NCBI GenBank assembly: GCA_963845515.1
Contig: CAWJSR010000058.1
Span: 1 to 64,000 of the forward strand
Length of the DNA: 64,000 nucleotides
Reading direction: 5' to 3'
Source: an uncultured delta proteobacterium
GTDB taxonomy: Bacteria > Myxococcota > Myxococcia > Myxococcales > Anaeromyxobacteraceae
The notes below the pieces were generated by a model that saw nothing but the letters and a program-made list of their open reading frames with translations, was not told the origin of the DNA and made no database searches. Positions 18,373 through 28,267 of this stretch are shown here, in pieces. The position numbers and the translations under genes are program-made. The stretch's first letter is position 1; every line of letters begins with the position of its first letter.

Positions 18373-20382
18373 TCAGGCCGCCCGCTCGGGCACCAGCGCC
18401 AGCGCTCGCGCGACGAGGTCGCGCAGCGCCTGCGGCTCGAACGGCTTCTCGAGGCGCGGATTCGGGATCCGCTCCAGGAACCTGCCAGCGGTGGGGGTGA
18501 ACGCGCCGCCGGTCAGGAAGATGGTGCGCGCGGCGAGTCCGGGCGCGAGCTCCGACAACTGGACGTGCAGCTCCATGCCGGTCATGTCCGGCATCATGAT
18601 GTCGCAGAGGACGACGTCGAAGCTCCCCGCGTCGACGGCCAGGCGATCGAGGGCCGCGCGCGCGCTCGTCAGCACGACGACGTCGTGGTGCGGCGCGAGC
18701 ATGCGCCACACGGCGCGACCGACGAGCGGCTCGTCGTCGACGACGAGGACGCGGCCGCGGCGCCCAGGCGGCTTCGCCCGCACCGGATCGGCGGGACGGG
18801 GCGCGGTCTCCGCGGCGGCAGCGGCGGCAGGCAGGCGGACGCGAAAGGTCGAGCCCTCGCCGAGGGTGCTCTCCACCCGGATCTCCCCGCCGAGCTGGGC
18901 GACGATCCCGTGGCAGATGGAGAGGCCGAGCCCCGTCCCGACGCCGACCGGCTTCGTCGTGAAGAAGGGGTCGAAGATGCGAGGCAGGACCTCCGGCGCG
19001 ATCCCTGCGCCCGTGTCCGAGATCTCGACGAGCGCGCTGCCGTCGGAGGCGGTCGACGTCGTGACGCGGACCTCGTTCGCCTGGATGTTCCCCTCCGGGA
19101 TCGCGTGCGCGGCGTTGATGAGGAGGTTCACGAAGACCTGGGCGAGCCGGTGCTCGTCCGCGAGCACGGGCGGGACGTCCCCCGGGTCGACGACGACGCG
19201 GGCGCGGTGGCGCAGCTCGTTCGAGGCGAGGCCGACCGCGGACTGGAGCACGCGCCGCACGTCGAGGTGGTGGTACGCCTCTTCCGTCGGGCGCGCGAAG
19301 GTCTTGAGGTCGCGCACGATCTCGCGGACGCGGACGCCGCCGTCCTTCGCGTCCTCGAGCGAGCGCAGGAGCTCCCCCTCCACGCCGGTGCGTCGGACCT
19401 CCTCGAGCGCGAAGTCGAGGTTCGACAGGATGAAGGCGAGCGGGTTGTTGATCTCGTGGGCGACCCCGGCCGCGAGGGTGCCGACCGACGCCATCCGGTC
19501 GGCGAGCAGGAGGCGCGACTCCATCCGCCTCTTCTCAGAGACGTCCTCGACGAGCGCGATGATGAACCGGAGGGCACCCGCCCCGTCGCGCAGCGCGCTC
19601 GCGCGGACCATCGCCTCCAACTTGGTGCCGTCCTTCCGCCGCACCAGCCTCGGGAGCTCGAACCGGTCCAGCTGCCCGCTCGCCATCTGCGCGCCGACGG
19701 CCTCGCTCCGGGCCCCGTCCTCCGGATCGTACAGGGCGGCGGTCGGGAAGCCGCGCAGCTCGGCCTCCGTGTAGCCGGTCAGCTCGCGGAACGACGGGTT
19801 CGCCTCGACGACGCGGCCGTCGGCGCCGGCGAGGAGGATGCCGACGCTCGCGCAGTCGAAGACCGCCCGGAACCTGCCCTCGCTCGCGCGCAGCGCCTCC
19901 TCGGCGAGCTTCGCGTCGGTGAGATCGCGGGCGATCGCCTCGAAGTAGCGGCGCCCCTCGTAGAGCTCGGCGTGGACGCTCACCTGCACGGGGAAGACCG
20001 TCCCGTCCCTGCGCCGGTAGCGGGTCTCGAAGAGCGCCGCGCCGTGCTCGGTCTGCTGGCGCACGCGGTCGGGGTAGTCGGCGAGGGTCGCGGGATCGCG
20101 CAGCTCCTGGACGTGCATCCCGAGGAGCTGCTCGCGCGAGTAGCCGAGGAGGGCGACGGCCCGCTCGTTCGCCTCGACGAGCCGCTGCTCGCCGTCGGCC
20201 ACGAACACCATGTCGGTCGTCGAGGTGGTGAGCCGCTCGATCCGACGCGCGAGGGCGCTCCGCTCCGCCTCCGCGACGGCGCGCGTCCCGTCGAGCCGCC
20301 GGGCCCGGGAGGAGGTCCACGCGCCGACGCCGAAGGCCGCTGCTACGACGGCGGCCAGGCTGTATGGCGAGGCAAAGGGCAT
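18373..20382 (-). CDS. PAS-PAS hybrid sensor histidine kinase/response regulator (start uncertain)
   Basis: Two PAS domains, AHEINNPL, NLLINA, DTGAG, FFTTKPVGVGTGLGL, C-terminal REC domain. Confidence 0.92.
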   Translation of the reverse strand: MPFASPYSLAAVVAAAFGVGAWTSSRARRLDGTRAVAEAERSALARRIERLTTSTTDMVFVADGEQRLVEANERAVALLGYSREQLLGMHVQELRDPATLADYPDRVRQQTEHGAALFETRYRRRDGTVFPVQVSVHAELYEGRRYFEAIARDLTDAKLAEEALRASEGRFRAVFDCASVGILLAGADGRVVEANPSFRELTGYTEAELRGFPTAALYDPEDGARSEAVGAQMASGQLDRFELPRLVRRKDGTKLEAMVRASALRDGAGALRFIIALVEDVSEKRRMESRLLLADRMASVGTLAAGVAHEINNPLAFILSNLDFALEEVRRTGVEGELLRSLEDAKDGGVRVREIVRDLKTFARPTEEAYHHLDVRRVLQSAVGLASNELRHRARVVVDPGDVPPVLADEHRLAQVFVNLLINAAHAIPEGNIQANEVRVTTSTASDGSALVEISDTGAGIAPEVLPRIFDPFFTTKPVGVGTGLGLSICHGIVAQLGGEIRVESTLGEGSTFRVRLPAAAAAAETAPRPADPVRAKPPGRRGRVLVVDDEPLVGRAVWRMLAPHHDVVVLTSARAALDRLAVDAGSFDVVLCDIMMPDMTGMELHVQLSELAPGLAARTIFLTGGAFTPTAGRFLERIPNPRLEKPFEPQALRDLVARALALVPERAA

Positions 20383-20552
20383 TAGGGGACCTACGGCCGC
20401 CATCGAATCACACCAACGTGGCAGCCCGCTAGAGGCGTCCTCCGGCCCCGCACCAGCTGCGACCAGCCCCGCGGCCCTATTCATGGGGCAAACGCCTCCC
20501 GAGCCAGGACCCATGGCGCCGAGGTCCCCTCTCCGTCAAAATATCCTCCTCC

Positions 20553-23500
20553 ATGCCCACCCCAAGCCTCGCGCTAGCGCTCCTCGCCGTCCTCGCCGTC
20601 ACCGCACCACGGAGCGCAGTTGGGGTAGAGCCCTGGGGTGACGAGCCGCTCTCCGGTGACCCGAAGGCGATGCTCGCCGCGGCCTACGCCCTCCCCCCCC
20701 AGAAGGGCGCGCCGGTCGACGTCCTCCTGGAGGAGGGCACCTTCGTCTTCGACGACCGCGGCGCCGCGACCTATACGTACCGGCTCCTCTACCGTCCGCT
20801 CTCTCGCGAGGCCGCCCGGAGCTGGGCGCGGGTCGAGCGGAGCTACGCACCGTGGCACCAGGCGCGCCCGGAGATCCGCGCGCGCGTCATCACGCCCAGC
20901 GGCGGAGTCCACCTGCTCGACCCCAGGACGCTCGTCGAGGCGGGCGTCGGCGAGGCGGACGACGAGATGTTCTCCGACCGGCGCGTCCTGCAGGGGCCGC
21001 TCCCGGCGGTGGTGGCCGACGCCATCGTCGAGGAGGTGAGCGTCGTCCGCGACGAGACCCCCTTCTTCGACGCGGGCGCGGTCTCCCGCTTCTGGCTCGC
21101 GCAGCCGAACCCGGTCCGGCACGTCCGGCTCCGGATCGAGGCGCCGAAGAAGTTCCCCGTCCGCTGGATCGCGCACGGCGCCGACCTGCGCCCGTCCGAG
21201 TCGGAGCGCGACGGACGGCGCGTCCTGCTCTTCGAGCGGCGCGACGCCGCCGCGCGCCCGGCGGTGGAGCCCTTCACGCCGCGCGACGCCACGCTCGCGC
21301 CCAACGTCGCCTTCACGACCGGCCGCTCCTGGGAGGAGGTGGCCAGGCGCTACTCGGAGCTCCTGGATGGCCGCCTCCGCGGCAGCGACCTGAAGGGGAT
21401 CGCGGCGCGGGCCGTGCCCCCCGGAACCGCCCGCCCCGCGGCGGTCAGGCTGCTCACGGCGTGGCTCCACCAGAACGTCAGGTACACCGGCCTCGAGTTC
21501 GGCGAGGCGGCCATCGTCCCCGCGCCGCCCGACGAGACGCTCGGCCGCCGCTACGGCGACTGCAAGGATCTCTCGCTGCTGCTGGTGGGGCTCCTGCGCG
21601 CCGCCGGGATGGAGGCGAACGTCGTCCTCCTGCGGACGCAGTGGTTCGAGATCTCGCCCGACCTGCCCGGGCTCGGCGAGTTCGACCACGCGATCGTCCG
21701 CGTGGGCGGCAAGGAGCCGATCTGGATCGATCCGACGGATCCCTTCTCGCCGCCCGGCCAGCTGCCGCCGCCGGACGAGGGACGGCTCGCGCTGGTCGCC
21801 GCTCCCGGGACGCGCGCCCTGATCACGACGCCCGCCTCCCGCTCGGTCGACAACCGGGCGAAGACCGTGCGCGAGGTCTTCCTCGCCGAGCTCGGGCGCG
21901 GGCGCATCGTCGAGACGCGCGAGCTGACCGGCGCCCTCGCCGCTGGCCACCGCGCCGCGCGGTCGCGCGCCACGGCGGAGGGGCAGCGCGAGGCCCTGGA
22001 GCGCTACGGCGTGGAGGTCTTCAAGGCCGAGCGGCTCGTCAGCGGAGAGGTGAAGGGGGCCGACGAGGTCGGGACGCCAGTGGCGATCCGCGTCGAGGTC
22101 GACGGCTCCGAGGTGGTCCAGACCGACGACGACGAGGCCGTGGTCCCCGTGACGCCCGACCCGATCCTCTCGAACCTGCCCGACTTCATCCGTGGCGAGG
22201 GCGACGAGCGCGGCGAAGGGAACCGGAACGGCGGGGAGCGCGCCGCGCCGCGCACGCGAGAGCTGCAGCTCGCCGAGCCCTTCGTCGGAGAGATGGTCTA
22301 CCGGGTCCACCCGCCGCTCGGCTTCCGGGCGCGCCCCGTGCCGCACGACGCCTCCTGGTCGTTCGGGGGCGCGAGCTACTCGGCCCGCTACGTGCTCGAA
22401 GGAGACGGCTCCGTCACCGCCTCCTTCAAGTTCGACACCGGCGACCGGCGGCTCTCGGCGAAGGAAGCGGACGGCCTCGCGCGCGAGGTGCGAGCCATCA
22501 TCCGGAACCAGAGCCCGCTCGTGACGTTCGAGCGCGTGGGCGCGGCGCTGCTCGCGCAGGGGCGCGTCACGGAGGCGCTCGCCGAGATGGAGCGGCTCGC
22601 CGCCCTCCACCCGAAGGAGGCTTCGCACCGGCTGCACCTCGCCATCGCCGACTTCCAGCTCGGCTTCCCCGTCGAGGGGATCGCGGAGGCCCGGCGTGCC
22701 ATCGCGCTCGAGCCCCAGCGGGCGTGGGGCTGGCGGGTGCTCGGGCTCGGCCTCCAGCACGACGAGGTCGGGCGCTTCCGCGCGCCTGGCTTCGACCGCG
22801 CCGGCGCGATCGCCGCCTTCCGCAGGGCGCGAGAGCTCGACCCGAAGCACGGTGGGGGGCGCGCCGGACTCGCCGGCCTCCTCGCGGCGGGCGCCGAGGG
22901 TGGCGAGGCTGCGAAGCGGCCGGAGCTGGAGGAGGCGCTGGCCGAGTGGCGCTCCATCCGCGAGGAGCTGTCGGACGACCGCTATGACGAGGAGTACGCG
23001 GGCGCGCTCCTCGCCGCCGGCCGCTTCGCCGACGCGGCCGAGGTGGCGCGGAAGCTCGACAAGGGTGAGGGACGCGATGCCCTGCTCGTCGCCTCCGTCG
23101 CCGCGGCCGAGGGGGTGGGTGCTGCCGAGGCCGAGGCGCGCCGGCTCCCCACGGACGCGGGGCGCGCGGCGCTCCAGCGCGCCGCCGGCCAGCTGCTGCA
23201 CCTGCGCCGCTACTCCGAGGCGAGCGCACTGGCGTCGCTCGCCGCCCGTGGCGCACCCAACGCCGCCGAGCTCCAGGCGCAGGCCGACCTCCTCGGCTCG
23301 GCGAAGCGGTGGGAGGAGCTGATCCGTCAGGGGGACGAGCCGACGCAGCTCGTCCGACGGCTCTTCGCGGCGCTGGTCGTCGAGCCGGACCCGGTCGCCG
23401 CGGTCGAGAAGCTCATGGCGGCGCGCGGCCAGAAGGCGGGCGATCCACGCGCCGCCGCCTCGGCCCAGGATCTGCGCAACGGCATCCTCCGTGGCGCGGG

Positions 23501-24668
23501 GCGGCTCGGCGCCCCGCCAGCGGCGATCCTCGACATGGCGCTCGGCCGGCTCGAGATCGTCCGGGACGGCGAGGGGCCGGGGATGCTCCGGCTCCGCGTG
23601 CGGCTTCCGTTCGCCCCGGGCGGGCGCGGGTCGTCGATCTTCCTGGTGCGCGAGAAGAAGGCCTGGAAGGTGCTCGCGACTGACGAGAGCCTCCCCGAGC
23701 TGGGGGCAGAGGCGCTCAGGCTCGCTGACGCCGGCGAGCCCGGAGCGGCGCGCCGCCTCCTGGGGTGGGCGCTCGACGACCTACCGGGTGGAACGGCCGG
23801 CGGGGGCTCCCCACAGGACGTCATGGCCGCGCTCTGGAAGCGCGACGAGAGCGCGCCCCTGCCGGCCGTCCGGCGCGCCGCCGCCGCGCTCGCCGCATGG
23901 GGAGATCGGCCCGAGCCAGTGATCCCGGTCCTGGAGCGCGCCCTCCCGGGGATCACCGACCCGGGCGAACGCCGCGCCGTCCAGTGGTCCCTCAGCGTGG
24001 GCTACCGCCACTCCGGCAGGTTCGAGGACCTGGTGCGCACCGCCGACGCCATCCTGGCAGCGGGGCCCGGCACCCGGCCGGCGCTCGCGCGGAAGCTGTA
24101 CGCGCTCGAGCGGCTCGGGCGGGGCAAGGAGGCGGAGGCGGCGGTGAAGTCGGCGCTCGCCGGATCGCCCGACGATCCGGCGCTGCAGTCGCTGCTGGCG
24201 TCGGCGCGGCTCGCACTCGGTGACCTCGAGGGTGCAGGCCGCGCCTACCGCCAGCTGATCGACGGCGGGAAGGCGACGCCAGGTGACTTCAACAACGCGG
24301 CCTGGCTGCTCCTGTGGAGCGAGCCCGTCGGCGAGACGGCCGTCGACTGGGCCAGGCGCGCGGTCGAGGGGAGCGGGCGCCGCGAGTACGCGAGCCTGAA
24401 CACTCTGGCCGCCGTGCTCGCAGCAGCCGGGCGGCCCTCCGAGGCCCGCGAGGTCTTCCTGCAGGCGCTGGACGCCAAGGAGAGCGCCGGGATCGACGGC
24501 GCCGACTGGGTGGTCCACGGACTGATCGCCGAGAAGTACGGCCTCGCCGGTGCAGCGCGCGCCGCCTACGAGCGGGTCAAGGACGGGCCGGACGACGACT
24601 CGGGCGATCGGACGCGCCCCTCCGCGTACGCGCGCCGGCGACTCGAGAAGCTCCCGGCGTCCAGGTAG
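20553..24668 (+). CDS. Secreted DUF3857/transglutaminase-like/TPR protein
   Basis: Signal peptide; GDCKD, FDHAI and WIDPT Cys-His-Asp triad; long TPR C-terminal region; 1371 aa. Confidence 0.85.
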   Translation: MPTPSLALALLAVLAVTAPRSAVGVEPWGDEPLSGDPKAMLAAAYALPPQKGAPVDVLLEEGTFVFDDRGAATYTYRLLYRPLSREAARSWARVERSYAPWHQARPEIRARVITPSGGVHLLDPRTLVEAGVGEADDEMFSDRRVLQGPLPAVVADAIVEEVSVVRDETPFFDAGAVSRFWLAQPNPVRHVRLRIEAPKKFPVRWIAHGADLRPSESERDGRRVLLFERRDAAARPAVEPFTPRDATLAPNVAFTTGRSWEEVARRYSELLDGRLRGSDLKGIAARAVPPGTARPAAVRLLTAWLHQNVRYTGLEFGEAAIVPAPPDETLGRRYGDCKDLSLLLVGLLRAAGMEANVVLLRTQWFEISPDLPGLGEFDHAIVRVGGKEPIWIDPTDPFSPPGQLPPPDEGRLALVAAPGTRALITTPASRSVDNRAKTVREVFLAELGRGRIVETRELTGALAAGHRAARSRATAEGQREALERYGVEVFKAERLVSGEVKGADEVGTPVAIRVEVDGSEVVQTDDDEAVVPVTPDPILSNLPDFIRGEGDERGEGNRNGGERAAPRTRELQLAEPFVGEMVYRVHPPLGFRARPVPHDASWSFGGASYSARYVLEGDGSVTASFKFDTGDRRLSAKEADGLAREVRAIIRNQSPLVTFERVGAALLAQGRVTEALAEMERLAALHPKEASHRLHLAIADFQLGFPVEGIAEARRAIALEPQRAWGWRVLGLGLQHDEVGRFRAPGFDRAGAIAAFRRARELDPKHGGGRAGLAGLLAAGAEGGEAAKRPELEEALAEWRSIREELSDDRYDEEYAGALLAAGRFADAAEVARKLDKGEGRDALLVASVAAAEGVGAAEAEARRLPTDAGRAALQRAAGQLLHLRRYSEASALASLAARGAPNAAELQAQADLLGSAKRWEELIRQGDEPTQLVRRLFAALVVEPDPVAAVEKLMAARGQKAGDPRAAASAQDLRNGILRGAGRLGAPPAAILDMALGRLEIVRDGEGPGMLRLRVRLPFAPGGRGSSIFLVREKKAWKVLATDESLPELGAEALRLADAGEPGAARRLLGWALDDLPGGTAGGGSPQDVMAALWKRDESAPLPAVRRAAAALAAWGDRPEPVIPVLERALPGITDPGERRAVQWSLSVGYRHSGRFEDLVRTADAILAAGPGTRPALARKLYALERLGRGKEAEAAVKSALAGSPDDPALQSLLASARLALGDLEGAGRAYRQLIDGGKATPGDFNNAAWLLLWSEPVGETAVDWARRAVEGSGRREYASLNTLAAVLAAAGRPSEAREVFLQALDAKESAGIDGADWVVHGLIAEKYGLAGAARAAYERVKDGPDDDSGDRTRPSAYARRRLEKLPASR

Positions 24669-24789
24669 CCGCCACTTTTCACTGATAGGCGAGGGAAAAT
24701 ATTTCGTGGAGTGCGCGCGTCAATATTGCCCGCTCCGGCCTATTTAGGCCCACCGCCAACGATGTTGTTGAGGTTGGCTCGCGCGTCCC

Positions 24790-24803
24790 TTGATGCACGT
24801 CAA
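24790..24803. promoter_or_regulatory. FNR/Crp-family box upstream of the hydrogenase operon
   Basis: TTGATGCACGTCAA, one mismatch to TTGAT-N4-ATCAA. Confidence 0.55.
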
Positions 24804-24985
24804 CCGTACCGTCAGGGATCCCGGCTTGGACCTTGCCAATCCAAGGGAGCGCCCCCAATTTTCACTGGGCGTCTCCGCAAATATTGCGGCGACGCGCTGG
24901 AGCAAAAAGGTCCGCAATTCTGGACGGTTGCAATTTGAGTCGGCGAGCGTACGCTCCGCGCAGTCCTGGAAGACGGAGGAACGAC

Positions 24986-26110
24986 ATGGGGATCGGATCG
25001 GAATTCGACGCTGGGCTCGGAAGCGTCTCCCGCCGCGACTTCATCAGGGTCTGCACGGCCGCCGCCGCCGCCGTAGGGCTCCCGGCCTGGGCCGGCGAGA
25101 AGATGGCCGAGACCGTCGCCAGCGGTCGCAAGCCCTCGGTCATCTGGCTCCACTACCAGGAGTGCACCGGCTGCACCGAGTCGCTCCTGCGCGCGAGCGC
25201 TCCCGACGTGGCGGAGCTGATCCTCGACCTCGTCAGCCTCGACTACCACGAGACCCTCTTCGCGGCCTCCGGCAAGCAGCTCGAGGCCGCGCTCGAGAAG
25301 GCGATGGAGGAGAACAAGGGGCAGTACGTCCTCGTGGTCGAGGGGGCCATACCGCTGAAGGACGACGGAGTCTTCTGCTACGTCGGCGGGAAGAAGGCGG
25401 TCGACACGCTGAAGCGGGTCGCGGCCGATGCCGCGGCGGTCATCGCGATCGGCTCATGTGCCTCCTGGGGCGGCATCCCCTCGTCCTACCCCAACCCGAC
25501 GCAGGCAGTGGGCGCCCCGGAGGTGCTCAAGGGCTCCGGCAAGGCGGTCGTCACGCTCCCCGGCTGCCCGGCGAACCCGTACAACCTGCTCGGCACCGTC
25601 CTCCAGTACGCGACCTTCAAGTCGCTCCCGAAGCTCGACGAGCAAGGGCGCCCGCTCTTCGCCTACGGGCGCGTGATCCACGAGGACTGCCAGCGCCGTC
25701 CGCACTTCGACGCCGGCCGCTTCGCGCAGGTCTTCGGCGACGAGGGGCACCGGAACGGCTACTGCCTCTACAAGCTCGGCTGCAAGGGGCCGCAGACCCA
25801 CGCCAACTGCTCGCTCCTCGACTTCTGCGAGGTGCCTGGCGCGTGGCCGATCGGCATCGGCCACCCGTGCGTAGGCTGCACCGAGCAGGGGCTCCTCTTC
25901 GGAGGGGACACGAAGGTGGAGACGCCCATCTACACCAACCTCCCGATCGAGAAGCCGACCGCCCCCTTCGCCTACCCGGGCGTCGGGCCCGCGCAGGGAA
26001 AGATCGCCCCTGCCGCGACGGCGGTCGCTGGACTCGCCATCGGCGCGGTCGCCGGCGCGGCCTTCGTGGCCTCGCGGAAGCTCTCGAAGGAAGATGAGGA
26101 GAAGAAGTAG
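24986..26110 (+). CDS. hybO: [NiFe] hydrogenase-2-type small subunit
   Basis: Tat signal SRRDFIR, ECTGC, GSCASWGG, PGCP, CLYKLGCKGP, HPCVGC, C-terminal TM anchor. Confidence 0.93.
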   Translation: MGIGSEFDAGLGSVSRRDFIRVCTAAAAAVGLPAWAGEKMAETVASGRKPSVIWLHYQECTGCTESLLRASAPDVAELILDLVSLDYHETLFAASGKQLEAALEKAMEENKGQYVLVVEGAIPLKDDGVFCYVGGKKAVDTLKRVAADAAAVIAIGSCASWGGIPSSYPNPTQAVGAPEVLKGSGKAVVTLPGCPANPYNLLGTVLQYATFKSLPKLDEQGRPLFAYGRVIHEDCQRRPHFDAGRFAQVFGDEGHRNGYCLYKLGCKGPQTHANCSLLDFCEVPGAWPIGIGHPCVGCTEQGLLFGGDTKVETPIYTNLPIEKPTAPFAYPGVGPAQGKIAPAATAVAGLAIGAVAGAAFVASRKLSKEDEEKK

Positions 26111-26140
26111 CCCGGGTCGCGACGGGCAAGGACCAACACA

Positions 26141-27043
26141 ATGACCATCTCGCGACGAAACGTCCTCAAGGTGATCGCGGCGAGCGGCGCCGCGGCCCTC
26201 GCCGACCGCGCCGACGCGCGCGACTCGAGGCCGCCCGGGCCCGACGACGTCGGCATGCTCTTCGACGCCACGCTCTGCGTAGGGTGCCGCGCGTGCCAGA
26301 CCGCCTGCAAGGTGGCGAACGGGCTCGCGGCCGACACCGGGAACGTGCCCGGCGGACTCTACGACGCGCCGCTCGACCTGAACGGCAACACCAAGAACGT
26401 CATCAAGCTGGCCACCCAGGGTGACGCCTCGACCTACATGAAGATGCAGTGCATGCACTGCGCCGACCCGTCCTGTGTCTCGGTCTGCATGGCTGGCGCC
26501 CTGCACAAGCTCCCGAACGGGACCGTCGCGTACGACAAGGGGCTCTGCGTCGGGTGCCGCTACTGCCAGGTCGCCTGCCCGTTCAACGTCCCGAAGTTCG
26601 AGTGGCACAAGGCGATCCCCGTCATCGTGAAGTGCGAGCTCTGCCGCGACCGCAAGGATGGCAGGCAGGGCAAGGGGCCGGCGTGCTGCGAGGTCTGCCC
26701 CCGCGAGGCCGTGAAGTACGGCAAGCGGGCGGCGCTCCTCGCCGAGGCGAAGGAGCGGATCAGGCGGAGCCCCGGGAAGTACTTCGAGGAGCGGGTCTTC
26801 GGGGAGACGGACGGCGGCGGCACCAACGTCCTCTACCTGTCGCCGGCCAGGGTCTCGTTCAGGTCGCTCGGCCTGCCGACGCTGCCGACCGTCGCACCTG
26901 CGGCCAGGGCGGAGGAGGTGCAGCACGGCATCTACAAGCTAGGGATCGCGCCGGTCGCGCTCTACGCCGCCGTCACCTGGGCGCAGTTCCGCGCGAAGGC
27001 GAAGGCGGCGGCCGCGCACCAGGGGCACGAGGAGGGGAAGTAG
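26141..27043 (+). CDS. hybA: Hydrogenase-2 Fe-S subunit
   Basis: Tat signal SRRNVLK and four Cys clusters (CVGCRAC, CMHC..C, CVGCRYC, CELC). Confidence 0.9.
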   Translation: MTISRRNVLKVIAASGAAALADRADARDSRPPGPDDVGMLFDATLCVGCRACQTACKVANGLAADTGNVPGGLYDAPLDLNGNTKNVIKLATQGDASTYMKMQCMHCADPSCVSVCMAGALHKLPNGTVAYDKGLCVGCRYCQVACPFNVPKFEWHKAIPVIVKCELCRDRKDGRQGKGPACCEVCPREAVKYGKRAALLAEAKERIRRSPGKYFEERVFGETDGGGTNVLYLSPARVSFRSLGLPTLPTVAPAARAEEVQHGIYKLGIAPVALYAAVTWAQFRAKAKAAAAHQGHEEGK

Positions 27044-27046
27044 GCC

Positions 27047-28255
27047 ATGTCCGACTCCACGCACGAGGCGCCGCTGGGCGGAAGGATCCTCACCCCCGCC
27101 TTCAAGGTCATGCTCCTCCTGATCGCCTCCTGGGCGATCATCGTCGCGTTCCGACTCTTCCTCGGCCTCGGCGCGGTCTCGGCGCAGAGCGACGGCTACG
27201 CCTGGGGGATCTGGAAGCCGCTCAACGTCGTCACCTTCACGGGCATCGCCGCTGGCGCGTTCGCCGTCGGAATCCTCACGTACGCCTTCAACAAGGGGGA
27301 GTACCACCCGCTCGTCAAGTCGGCCGTGATGGCCGGCGCCATGGGCTACACGCTCGCCGGCACCTCGGTCCTCGTCGACCTCGGCCGCTGGTGGAACCTC
27401 TGGGTGGTCTTCTGGCCGCCGGTCTGGAACCTCAACTCGGTCCTGCTGGAGGTCGCCATCTGCGTGATGGCCTACTGCATCGTGCTCTGGGTGGAGGTCT
27501 CGCCGACGGTGCTGGAGAAGCTGGAGGCCTCTCCCAACCCGAGGCTGGCCGAGCTCGCGCGCAAGGTCCTGCCGGTGCTGCGGCGGTCCCTCCCCTTCAT
27601 CATCTCGCTCGCGATCCTGCTGCCGACGATGCACCAGTCGTCGCTCGGCTACCTCTACGGCATCACGGTCACCAAGACCCACCCGTTCTGGCACAGCTAC
27701 TGGCTCTCCGGCCTCTTCCTCGCCTCCTGCCTCACGATGGGCTTCGGCGCCGTGATCGTCGTCGAGAACCTGATGTCGATGATCTACGGGAAGCGTGTCG
27801 ATCAGCCGCTCCTCGCCCGGCTGAGCAGGGTCGCGGGCTGGATCCTCGCCGGCTACCTCGCGGTGCGGCTCGCCGACCTCGCGTGGCGCTTCCGTGACCC
27901 CGAGGTGCTCGCCCGGTACCGTGAGATGGGGAACCAGGGGTTCTACGGGTTCTTCTTCCTGCTGGAGCTGCTGCTCTTCGCCGCCCCGCTGGTGGTCCTC
28001 CTCAACGAGCGGCTGCGGTCCAACCGCGGCAACCTCTTCCTCGCCGGCTTCCTGCTCCTCGCGAGCGGGACGCTCTACCGCTTCGACACCTACCTGACCT
28101 CCTACCAGCCGACCGCCGGGTGGACCTACTTCCCGACGCTGACCGAGATGCTCTTCTCAGTCGGCCTCGGCGCCATCGGCGTCGCGGTCTACGTCCTGTT
28201 CGTAAAGCTCTTCCCCATCCTGAGCGGCGTCGAGAAGGACGCCGCAGCGCGCTGA
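27047..28255 (+). CDS. hybB: Hydrogenase-2 NrfD-family membrane subunit
   Basis: DGYAWGIW, VDLGRWWN, LPTMHQSSLG, YFPT. Confidence 0.9.
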   Translation: MSDSTHEAPLGGRILTPAFKVMLLLIASWAIIVAFRLFLGLGAVSAQSDGYAWGIWKPLNVVTFTGIAAGAFAVGILTYAFNKGEYHPLVKSAVMAGAMGYTLAGTSVLVDLGRWWNLWVVFWPPVWNLNSVLLEVAICVMAYCIVLWVEVSPTVLEKLEASPNPRLAELARKVLPVLRRSLPFIISLAILLPTMHQSSLGYLYGITVTKTHPFWHSYWLSGLFLASCLTMGFGAVIVVENLMSMIYGKRVDQPLLARLSRVAGWILAGYLAVRLADLAWRFRDPEVLARYREMGNQGFYGFFFLLELLLFAAPLVVLLNERLRSNRGNLFLAGFLLLASGTLYRFDTYLTSYQPTAGWTYFPTLTEMLFSVGLGAIGVAVYVLFVKLFPILSGVEKDAAAR

Positions 28256-28267
28256 GGCGAGGTAACC

